DNA of 63,434 nt, filler included, from Intoshia linei (lineage: Eukaryota > Animalia > Orthonectida): NCBI GenBank assembly GCA_001642005.1. It is 6 parts of 6 records of this genome, joined end to end, with 100 filler letters (N's around TTAATTAATTAA, not from the genome) between each part and the next. Parts side by side here need not be neighbours in the genome. Positions count along the whole stretch, not along the records: positions 15,598 to 42,514 come from LWCA01000451.1; 5 more parts are not named here. One strand, given 5' to 3'. The translations under genes were made by a program, and so were the position numbers. Of the stretch, positions 25,401 to 36,600 are shown in pieces. The notes below the pieces were generated by a model. It was not told the DNA's origin. It did no database searches and saw only the letters and a program-made list of their open reading frames with translations. Numbering within the stretch: position 1 is the stretch's first letter; every line of letters begins with the position of its first letter.

Positions 25401-28400
25401 TTCTAAGGCTGTTTTCATTAAAAAAAAAAGGTAATTTGGAGTTTTGGCACTGAAGATACATTTTTTTTAAATTTAAATTTATGATAATATTTATGATTTT
25501 AAAATCCGTATCAGAGTATATATTTTTTTAATTCTCGAACTCGTTTGATTTTCAAAAAAACGAACAATTGGGCTTTTTGACCCGTAAGATGTGAGTTTGA
25601 GAGGTTTAAATTTATTTTGCTAACACCCTGGAAAAAACTTTAATTGAAATGTGAACTTTATAAAATTCTAAGAGTGGTAGTTATTGAAATAAACGGTAAC
25701 AAACAAATATTGCATAGCATATTATATAAGTAAATATTTATTGCAATTATTCATAGTTAATTAGCTTTGAAAATAACTTTGATTGTAAGAGTATATTAAT
25801 CTTAATTATTTCTACTTCTAAGAGTCCACTCGTGTATACTCCCTGTGACAGTGTGAAAATATGCTTGATTATTTTTTTACAAAATATCAAATAAATAATT
25901 ATTATGAACAATGATTATAATCTACAATATAATTATATTCTATTGTATAATACATTATAATGTATTATAATAGATTTTTATAATATATAATTGTTACAAA
26001 ACAACTAAAGAATTATTTATTTTTTAAATTTAGGGGATAGTCTTGTAATATATAATGAATTGGACTATTCTCAAGGAGTTACTGATGTACATTTTCACCC
26101 TCATGATAATATTGTAGCATTTTGTTGTCATCCTTCGTCTCAAAATATTGTTTTGTATAAATATGTCTCCGGTTTAGGTAAATTTAATTTATCAGATACG
26201 AAATCTCGTATCTTTAAGATTATCGTAATTAATACGTATTTTATTATGAATTATATATGTAAAAAATATTAAAAATGAATATTGTGATTAAAATTTTTTC
26301 GCTGTGTATTGCACAGTGTGCATTCAGACCTATAATTGCATTATTTTATATTTTTATATCTATATTATATAATTTATGCACATTTTTCATTTGATTATTT
26401 TTAGCTATTGAAAATTGTGTTTATGATCGTGTAAATCAATCTGTTACTAATGTACCCCGTTTGACATATAAACCATCCGATATTACGTAAATATAAAGTA
26501 ATACTACATATTTTAGTATATTTTAGAAACAGTCCACCTGAAATCAAACATGAATATATTATGGTATAATATTATAAATTATGGCATATGTAATACATAT
26601 TATATATATTGATCTATTCCTGCCCACAATTTGCACTATTGGTTTAAATCGAAACCCACATTATTTACCTTTTCACTGTCTGTGTATTCTATGATATACA
26701 CAGCATAATTTTAAAAAATTTTATTCTTTTATTTTCATATATTTTCACATATTATTTAAAAATAATACACGTTTAAATTAAAACATAAATTCCAGACGTG
26801 TGGTGATAGTACATAAAATTCATCAGACAGTGAAAGGGTTAACTTGATTTCATTAATAGATGTTTCATCGATTTTTATCAATTCTATTCAATTTATTATA
26901 GAGAACCTTTAACATTAACCTGAGTCACATAGCATAACACGTGAACTATGAAAGCGTACAGTAAAATGAAAATTATCAAATGAGGTTCCTTTTTGGTATC
27001 AAGAATTAAATTTTATAGTATTCAGCATGATTATTCTCTTTACACTGTACACTTAGTATAAATCTTATTATTAGCATAATTTTTCTTTGAATTTTTTTCG
27101 AAATTGAAATCTTATTCGCCGAGCCCCTTGAAGGAATCTCGGAGTAGGGTTGATTCGGCTTTACCGTCACATTTACAAATTCATTATTATTTATTAATTA
27201 TAATACATATTAATATATTTTAATTTTAAGAGTCCTGAACCTGGCGTTTTATCACCACATGCAATGTGTCGATTAAAAATTTTTGATAATGAAAAGAACA
27301 TGTCAAATATAAACTATGCAGCACAAAATATTTATAAAGATTCCAGTATATTTAGAACACGTAATATACCTTTTAATTTTTTGAGTTGATAATAATATTA
27401 AAATGTAGTCGGCAAAGCTGGTACATTAAAACCACACAATATTTTGAGTAGGAATGCTTTAGTAAAATTAGAAGTACAGGTAAATTTTAAAAATTTTAAA
27501 TTACAGTACTATCTCTACAATTAGACAATTCCGTAGTTGGTCAATCTTCTCGATCGCCATAAATTTTTCGAAAAATTTTATTAAATGGGGATAATTAATC
27601 CAAGGTATGAAAATTTTCCAATAAAAATCAAGTTTTATACGATTTACATAATTTCTATTGAATAATTGCACTGCTATGCGAATCAAAGCATTTTATTTTT
27701 TTTATATTTTAAGATAATTTATTAGTTATTGAATATGTTTTGTTTTAATAAAATAGTTAATAGTTACCACATAAAAAATCAATAATAATAATTTCTTGCC
27801 CGTGAAGGGTCAATTTGTGAAATTAAATTTTTAAATCTAGGATTCTTTTCATTTTTTGAAAAAAGGGTAATCTTGGGTTTTGACTAATGATAGTATATAT
27901 AGTTAGTATATTCTGACTACGATATGTATGTACAATGAAAATATAAGTTTCTAAGGTTGAGATTTACGACAATATTAATTATTTTAAAACTCGTTCCAGA
28001 ATTTTATATAAGTAAAAGGATTTCCTTATAAATATTATTGTAATATTTTTACATTGTTAAAAATTGAAAAAATAACCTTTATATAGGAAGAGAAGCCAAT
28101 CAAAACAATAATTAAAAATATAGGAAAGACCACTAAATATAAACAGGTTATTACAATACTATTATATTTTAACAATATAAGTGATTAAAAAGAATTTTTA
28201 GGTTAATACAAAAAATTGTGCTAATTATCACATTTACATTTTATACGCAAATATGTTAAATATAATAAATATAGGCCAAAGTATTGCATCCATATAACGC
28301 CAGTAGAAGCGATGAAATTTCTCTGAAAAATGGAGATTTTGTGCAGGTCATGTATCAAGATACTCCAACATGGTGGCTAGGAGAAAATTCTAATGGTTAC

Positions 28401-28437
28401 CAGGGATTCTTTCCATCAAATTATGTGTCCATAATTG
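16471..28437 (+). CDS. AHI1: Jouberin (WD40 repeats + SH3), ciliary transition-zone protein; 5' exons not seen (likely in the gap)
   Basis: Exons: 16471-16599 (WEKLSCQPFSIPN...GCFCLRFSRNG); 17012-17066 (FLAAAC); 17138-17253 (HNEIIYDIDW..SADYTAK); 22779-22950 (LPHSTYVYVAKFHP); ~23402-23563; ~23637-23731; ~24302-24436 (TPCGSFLFAGSQDG); ~26034-26177 (FHPHDNIVAFC); linker exons; SH3 exon 28275-28437 (HPYNASRSDEISL...WWLG...GFFPSNYV). Phases checked at the first four junctions are consistent. Confidence 0.93.
17413..20351 (-). CDS. Cytoplasmic poly(A)-binding protein-like, 4 RRMs, no MLLE domain; 2 exons (20351-19320, 18012-17413), ~543 aa; nested in an AHI1 intron
   Basis: PABP signatures IRIMW, GNVFIKNL..SIDTKTLYETL, SLGYGFVQF, NVYIKNF, SREFGFVCY, LYVAKALTK.ER, SKGFGFVCY, PFYVAHAMKK. 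Phase-0 GT-AG intron 18013-19319. AATAAA lies ~25 nt after the stop (17384-17389). Confidence 0.92.
20997..21556 (-). mobile_element. Internally deleted Charlie/Buster-type hAT element
   Basis: TIRs CAGCGGTTCTCAAC...GTTGAGAACCCCTG with a perfect 8-bp TSD ATTTAAAC (20989-20996, 21557-21564). Minus-strand remnant MRLRLNKLIEIDYDSLYTKHQCQVSH* resembles Charlie/ZBED5-like transposase C-termini. Confidence 0.9.
24785..25731 (-). mobile_element. ~950-bp copy of the Helitron-like dispersed repeat (inverted relative to 42680-43610)
   Basis: Collinear similarity to the reverse complement of 42680-43610, e.g. GAATCAGCACTTTATAAA, GGAAATATGTAGACGTTCAAT and CAGGATACAACTGTA. A partial opposite-orientation 5' end lies at ~24580. 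Confidence 0.7.
26668..26838. mobile_element. piggyBac-type MITE
   Basis: TIR CC(C/T)TTTCACTGTCTG...CAGACAGTGAAAGGG|TTAA; second copy at 31747-31882. Confidence 0.8.
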
Positions 28438-28606
28438 GTATGTTATTGCTTTAATTAGAATCACAGCTCAATCCTTCTGTATTATTCAGAAAGTTTGAGT
28501 ATTGTTCATTTTTGTACTTAATTAATACACACCCGATAAAAATAATAACTGAAAATTATTACAGCTTAGTAATGATCACAATCTGGAATATTTTATTAGA
28601 TTTACC

Positions 28607-28758
28607 TGTAGTATCGTCACAGATACTAACTAAACTTATCTTATTCTACTATAAATATAAACGAGTTATCACTCAAGAATCTTTCGAATAATGTATTTAA
28701 CTTGTAAATAGTGTATAACTTATTTTAGCTTAATTAATTAATAAACGTATTTACTACA
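28607..28758 (+). mobile_element. Solo LTR (152 bp)
   Basis: TGTAGTA...TACTACA termini with a perfect 5-bp TSD TTACC (28602-28606, 28759-28763). Shares TTATCACTCAAGAATCTTT and TATTTTAGCTTAATTAA with the LTR at 14266. Confidence 0.88.
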
Positions 28759-29173
28759 TTACCTTCCATCATGGTAAAAATGGATGTTTCCGTAGCAAGT
28801 AAAACCTATTTTGCATTTAAATCATGTGTCATGGTCGGTACATCAAAATAAAAAAATTCTATCATGCGTCATTAAAAACAACAATTTATTTGGTATCGAC
28901 CCTATTTCAATCCCTAGTTGTGATACACCTGCCCAGTCTCCGTTTATTGACGCGCTTAATTCAATTGTATCGTGACTAGAAAAATTAAAAACTGCAATGA
29001 ACGAAACAAAACGAAATTTAAAAAAGTTTATGTAATGTATATGATTGGTCAAATTAAAACGTAAATAAATTCGGAAATAAACAAATTAACCATTATTTAG
29101 ATTTTAAATAAACAATTTAGATGAAAGATGAACGATAAATAAATGTATAAACAATGTATTAAAAATTATAACA

Positions 29174-30037
29174 TCATTTTTTCAATTTGTGTATTTGGAG
29201 AGGTTTTTTAATATAAAAGGTGGATAAGCATTTTGTTTTTTTACAATTATCGCTACAAGAGTTGACTTTGAGGTTCAAGGAAGATTTTTTAAGTTTAGAT
29301 GGATTGCTAGTTTTTCGAGATTTTTTGGAAAGTTCTTTTTTTTCCTTTTTCTTTTGTACACTTTTATAGTTGTCGGCCCTAATGGTACACAGATTAGTAA
29401 GACTAAAAGATTCTGAACTGGTTTCAGAGTGAATAGAGTTGGAATTATCACATTCTGAATTTGAAGATTGCTTTGAATCAGTAGATTCACTAGCAGCATT
29501 AAGTTTCTCCTGTGCTTTTTGGTTGAGAGTATGATGATAATTAATATCATTTTTAATTTTTTTAAAATATTCATTAAAGTCGTCAAAATCTTCTTTTAAA
29601 ATGATGGATTCATAGATTTTTTCAGTTTTGTTTGTATTTTCAGGTTCCCAAACACAATCTTGGTCAATTTCTTCATTTTCACAATAAAGAGAACTAATCA
29701 TTTCTCCATTTTCGTGAGAATTGAAATTTGTTTCAACGTCATTCAAATGAGTGTAAAAGTTTTCAATGATATCAGTCTCAGGACAAAATACGTTTGCATT
29801 TATTCTTTCACTTTGTTTAGGTAAACTATTTTTTTCTAAGATATTTTTTTCAATTTTGGATGTTTCAGGTTCACGTTCTGGTACGACACTAAGCAAGTAC
29901 CTGTAAAAGTTTGTCAATACGACTCGCTGGCATAGTCTATCTTCAGGGATAGAATCCAGTTTGTTGACACAGGAATTTAGGTAATAATTGATGGATCTCC
30001 CGTAACTGTTAAAGTTGTCCAATTTTTGATCTTGCAT
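29174..30037 (-). CDS. Hypothetical intronless 287-aa protein (acidic middle, Ser-rich, Lys-rich tail)
   Basis: An 864-nt ATG-initiated ORF in very AT-rich DNA; no family recognised. Confidence 0.65.
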   Translation of the reverse strand: MQDQKLDNFNSYGRSINYYLNSCVNKLDSIPEDRLCQRVVLTNFYRYLLSVVPEREPETSKIEKNILEKNSLPKQSERINANVFCPETDIIENFYTHLNDVETNFNSHENGEMISSLYCENEEIDQDCVWEPENTNKTEKIYESIILKEDFDDFNEYFKKIKNDINYHHTLNQKAQEKLNAASESTDSKQSSNSECDNSNSIHSETSSESFSLTNLCTIRADNYKSVQKKKEKKELSKKSRKTSNPSKLKKSSLNLKVNSCSDNCKKTKCLSTFYIKKPLQIHKLKK

Positions 30038-30643
30038 TTTATTTTCAATGTTTTAATTAAATCGACATGCTGTTTATAATTGGGTTAACTAGATTCAAAG
30101 TATAAAAAATTCCAAATTGGAGATTTGGATTGTTAAAGTTTCTTGACAACTGTTATTGGAATATACATTTCCAATAGTCTGGAGTTACAATTAATTTTGT
30201 ACTTAACATTGGAAATCAGCAAATAGAACAAGAAGTGGAGTAAATGTGTCCCTGGTTATTTTATTATTAGATACTATAGATAATACTGATCCAGTCTATT
30301 TTGAGGTTACTTTTAAATTAAAATGGTCAGTTAATTTAATTTATGTACGCAAGTTTAATAATTTACTTTAATGTTGACACATGTTTCAAATTTAAACATC
30401 TGCAAACCTTGGATATATTTAATATTTTAATTTTTTTACTTTGTTACATTTATCTTGAAAATTATAATTAATTCATTAATAATTATTGTTACAGATATAT
30501 TTTTTATTTATTTTTTTGTATTTTTGTACTGGTTGCTTTTTTAGTTTTTTAAATTTACACTTTTATTTACATTAATGGAAATTTATTTGTTTAATTTCAT
30601 ATGCATTAAAATTTATTTTATAACAAAAGAATTCATGTACTAA

Positions 30644-33600
30644 TCAATGACCATTACTTTTTATAGATTTATAGTATTGGACCAATATATTCCAAGCTTC
30701 TCTAAAATTATTCATTAACAAGTACAAGTTAATAATAAATCAATAAAATATAAAGCAATGGTAGTTATATCAAGTTTACAGTAGACAGTATAATCTAGTC
30801 ACTAAATCTAGTGATTAGATATTCACACGTTACGTAATTATTGAAATACAGCATGTAATGTGATGCATGATTCTTGATTAATCATTGATAATTAAAATTT
30901 GAATATCAATATAAATGAATCTATATTAATATTCGTTCGTGGTATCATTTAATAGATGTAGATAGAACCGTTTTAAGGCATGGGCAATATGGGCTGTAGC
31001 CCAGAGCCATTCATTAAAAAACGTTCCAAATTAATAAAAGTACTTTACATTTATATCTTAAAAAGAGGCCCCCAATTTATTAAAAAATACTTCACATTTA
31101 TATCTTAAGAAAGAGTTTATAAGTTTTGAAGTGTAGGAATTCAAGTAGCTAGAAAGAAATTAGTTTAAAGAATCAACGTTCTGGTAATTATTCAATTTAA
31201 AATATATTCTACGATATTCATCATATAATATTGACATAAAAACTGTAATATTGGAATATTTATTAAATATACCAACATTTCATTTTTATGTTGACCAATG
31301 CGATTTTCAACGGTTATTTATAAAGGTCCCATTTTTTATTTTTTTTATATGTTTAATACCGGATTGGGGTTCCTGAATTCCCCTCAAAACTATATTCCTT
31401 GTGGTCCGTGAGATTCAAATAAAATACATTATATAAAAATTTTTATCAACTTTTTTTAATTTTAGAATTTTTAACATTTATTACAGATGTTGTGAATTTA
31501 TCCTGAATCCTAGACGACCGCTACATTACTATTTAAAAAATCCCACCATTAATAAAATTTAATAAAAATTACAATTTAAAACCCTCGGGAAGAATCGACT
31601 TTTACCAAATCTTATGAGAAAGAACCTTTAATTTTTTCATAAATGTTGTATATTTCATGTTTCCTTGAGGGTCCAAAAAAATAAATATTTTGAAATGGAG
31701 GTCCACACTATTTGAATCGGGAATCATTTTAAATTCAATTTTTTAACCCTTTCACTGTCTGTGTATTCTAAACTAACTATATAATTGAAAAACTTTATTC
31801 TTTTATTTTCATACATTTTCACATAGGTAATTTAAAAATTATACAAGTTTAAATTAAAACATGAATCCAGACAGTGAAAGAATTAAAGTGCTAAAAAACC
31901 ACAAGTATATATTTTTAACACGAATTTTGCCATCGCTTGGTATGTTACATAATTATTAATATGGCATTAGTGAAAACGAAAATTTTTATAAGAAAGGTCT
32001 AGACACCAGAACAGTATGAACTGTAATGGATTGTGATTAAACAAAGATATACCCAATGTACATAAATAGCCCCAATAAACAATACAAATTAAGATTAGTC
32101 AAAATTTAAGTTCAAGAATAGTTGATTGATTCATAATTTTCTTGTTACTTTTCATAATTGCAATCAGAAAACGATTGATCAACCACCTACCTACCAACCT
32201 ACCATAATCTGGTAATTTTAAAACTTTAAATAGAAAAACAATACTCCAACAGTAAACCAACACAGATATATCCTCTGATTATTAGAGTCTAATGATAACT
32301 TATTCCGGATAAATTAATTTCACATATTTTCTGTTTAAAGTCAGTTTGAAAAAATCAAACCAATTCAAAAGATAAATTATTTAAATTTTTTAATATTAAC
32401 ACTGAACAATGAACATTATTACCTTACAACAAAGTTAACTGTAGTCAAGTTGAAATTAATTTTGTGCTGTATAATTTGTACATTTTGTATAGATAATTAT
32501 ATTATGAACACTAAAAACGAAATAAACCAAAATATCAAACGAAAAAGGCGAGATTTATCAATTGATGAGAAGAAAAAATTAATTCGACTTTTTGAAGAAG
32601 ATAAAGGAAAATCTCAAAGATTTTTGGCGACAAAACATAGAATCTCATTAGGATCAGTAAATAAACTTTTAAACAATAGTGAATCAATTTTAAACACAGT
32701 AAACGAAGGAGATTTGGCACGAAAGCGAAAAGTGAGACTCCGTTCAAGTTCTGACATTGATTTAATATTATATGAGTGGTTTCAAAGTCAACAAAGTTTA
32801 CATATTAACATAAACGGACAGGAATTGAAAAAAAAGGCTTTAGAATATGCTCTATTATACAACAACAAGGAATTTAAAGCGTCAACTGGGTGGTTAAACT
32901 CTTTTGTCTCAAGGCACACAATTTCTTTGAATTACACGGTTAACACACCTAAAACTACCATAGACACAAAAACGATAGATGATAACACCACCATCAAAAC
33001 GGTAATTTACAATCATGCTGATAAACAAATTGCACAGAATGATAATATTTCTCAAGCGACCATAAACAATGACAATAGTACTCGAGTCTGTAAAGTCAAA
33101 AATGAACCAATTACACCATATGATGCATACATGTGTGCAAAAAAACTGGAAAAATATTTTATTACTCGTATACCCGAAAAGCTGACTAGGGTATGGGATA
33201 TTATTGGTGATATACAAGAAGAGGCGAATTCAAGATCAATAAATGAGCAAAATAAAGATGAAGAAATTGATATCAAGCTATTCAATTTAAACAATTGTAA
33301 ATAAATTATTTGTACATAATTGTATAAGTGATTTCTAATGGGATGATAACTAGTCGATGCGAATGTGGAGATTTGGGGTCCGCGCTCGAAATTGTGTAAT
33401 TTTTTTTATTGAGAAACTGACCGCTAAAATATGGAACATGAAACATTCAATCTTTGCATGTCTTTGATAACCAATAATTAACTGAGAACCAGATTCTTAT
33501 ACATTTTAATATTCAAAATCTTACGGATCCATAAAACCGGATGGAGGTTCATTCCCAGCTCTAGCAATAGCTCTCATTTTTGAACCAGATATGAATTCAT

Positions 33601-36600
33601 AGTTATCCTTTTTTTCAGTGTCGAAAAAGTCCATTCGTTCCAAAACCTTGTTATAAGCAGCTACACGAAATGGTATTATTTTTAAATCGTGCAATCCAGG
33701 TGCCATGGATAAAACCTAAAACATTATACAATTTATGATAAATATAAAAATTTCGTAAAATCAGAATGGAAAACAAAGCAATTATAATAACTCAGTATAA
33801 CACAAATTTAAAATTTAAAAGAATCATATTAATTACTTTTCCTCCATGTGTGGGTTCGTATAAATCTTCATTTGTTCCAGGGTGTTTAATTCCAGCTGGA
33901 TCTCGTCCAACTATATAATATTTTGCACCAGCTACTAATCTAGTTTTTGCGTGCCATTGAACCTAAATACAAAATTAATAGTTTAAAATCGACTTTTAGT
34001 AAACAAAAATAAAATTATTATTGACAATGAAGAACTATTAATTTAAAATTTAATGATTTTATGTTTAATGATTTGGAGATATTGCCAATTGTTTAGAAAC
34101 GAATGTATAATTTGTTACATCCTAATTTTTAATTCCGAAATCTAAACAAATTAGATGGAGCACTACTCGAGAAAATTATTTATTTTATACATGGGTGATT
34201 TTAAATGATTTTAGGTTCCGTAAAGTGTCGTGTCATAGTCGAACCTCATTCTATGTTGCTTTCTTGAGGCTTGGGTAAATATACAAAATAACATGAAATA
34301 TTGGTTTAGTAAAATGATAACCTCATAGTCAATGGGTTAATAATCATAAATTTAACCTCAGTTGGTCCGCCATACATCATTGGAGAAGGAAAAATTGCTA
34401 AAATTGTAGAATTTTTATTCAAAACGCCAGATTCGAGTAACTTTTTGTGTTGTTTTAGTCTCCATTCTAATGGAACGTCGTCTTGCTTTGTCCAACCACC
34501 TGCATACATATAATTTAACATTTAAATAAAATAACCAAGTGGATGTAAAAGTAGTACAGGTTTTTTAAATCCTAAACGAATGAGTTCTTGTTCTGTACTT
34601 TTTATTAGCAAAACATGACCATTATGCAACGGGTTTCGAACTTGAAAAGCAAATACAACATCTGCCTAAAAATAAAAATTGTATTATTTAACAAAAATTA
34701 TTACATTATAGGTGCCTGGTATGGTTGATAAAACCGATTAAAATCTCGATAGTCATGGTTAACAGCTTATCAAACATAATCCCCTATGGACAGTGCCGAA
34801 ACCATATACGGGACCTCTTCGAAACATTTGTAAAATTGGTACCTCATTTTTCCAAATTGAGCATTATAAAAAATTATATTCTTGAACTATTTTGCGTGTT
34901 AACATATAAATGTAAATTGTCTATATTAATAACATTTAATTAATAATCATGTAAATTTAAAATATCAGAGGATTAGAAAGATGGCTAGGGCTATATGACA
35001 CTACGCATTTTTTTTCAATTATTAGGGGCCTATTTTTCATTTTCGAGTGACATCGAGCTTGGTAGGTTCAGTTCTGTCTGTTGTTACCATAGTTTTTATT
35101 TTTTAATTTGATATCAAGTTGGTATAATGCAATGGTTCCGCCTTTTTTCACGGCGGATCGGTAATAAATTGTAATATTTATCGCGGACCATTAAAGCGAA
35201 ACTGCTACCTTTATAAAAAATTTGATAAAAAACGTAATAAATTGACTTCAATTAGTAAAAATTTTTTCACAATTATTTCGCGAATTAGGTAACAATTTTC
35301 ACGGAACTGTACTACTCCGCGGAGTAGCATTTGGGAAACGCTGGTATAATGTATCACATGTCGATAATATCTTTTATAATCAGAAGGATCATTCTGGGAA
35401 TTTAGTAATAAGGGCTAAGCCAAATATCTTATTTTCACGCATTACTTCTCTAGAAACCGGTACACGGGTACCCGTTATAAAATACATTCTTGGAAGATAA
35501 TTAACAAAAATTAAAATTTCGAAATCTACAGCATTGTAAATCTGATTTACTAAATCATAGCTCAAAACTCTATAATTTGTATAATAAAAAATTCAATATA
35601 AATATTGCCTTGAGTAGCATTGTAAGGAAATTATCAAAACTATCGTGGAATATGACATTTAAGTGACGTCCAAATCTGAAAAAAAGTGATGCATTTCGAT
35701 CAAATCGAACGAACAAATTTGACATATAAGATTATTCTTTTACCAACAATAGAGAAGATGTAAATTGGTATAAACTTTCATTAAAAAATGGATCGAACAC
35801 TATATTCGTTAATCTCATATAGAAGAATTACCACCTTCCCATTCATCAAAAATAGCGCGGTTACCTAAAATTTATATCCAATATATTGTTGGATCAATAA
35901 AACTGTGTATGAAAAAGTTGTTTTATACAAGACTACCTTTTTTTGGGATCAGAAATGTTCCTCTTTCTGTCTTACAGAAAAGATGCAAATATTGCACATA
36001 TTTTTTAAAACAATATTTATATTTGTTGGTACCACCTCTTCAAGTTGATCTAACAATGAGGTTTCTGAGCGTGCAATAAACAGAGTACAATACCGATGAA
36101 ACAGATCCTCATTCAAGTATATTGACGATAAACTAGTCAATGATACAATTAATAAACTGAAAAATATATAAATATATAGGAATAATAAACAATCGTTCAT
36201 AATAAAATGTGTGATTTTTCAAAGTGAAAGATGGCTGGACTTTTTATCATTATATTAAAAAATAAAATTATAGATGTGATTTATAGGATATTACTCATAC
36301 TACACGGACATGTATTTTATCAATTTCTAAAATTCGACTAAAAAGTTTACACTCTAACTGTTAGTCATGCATTATCTTATATAGAATATAAATTGTTGTT
36401 TTTTAATTAAAAACAAATAAATTACCTCCATTTCTCTAGCTTTTTCTCTAATTTCGTTAGGAGTTAATCTATAACAGTCTAATCCGTCATTCCATGTTAT
36501 TCTTTCAAAAACATGTATATCACCTCCGCATAACCATTCTCCACTGTCCATTACCATCTACATTTATTATATAAATCAGTGGTTATTAAATTTAAGACTC

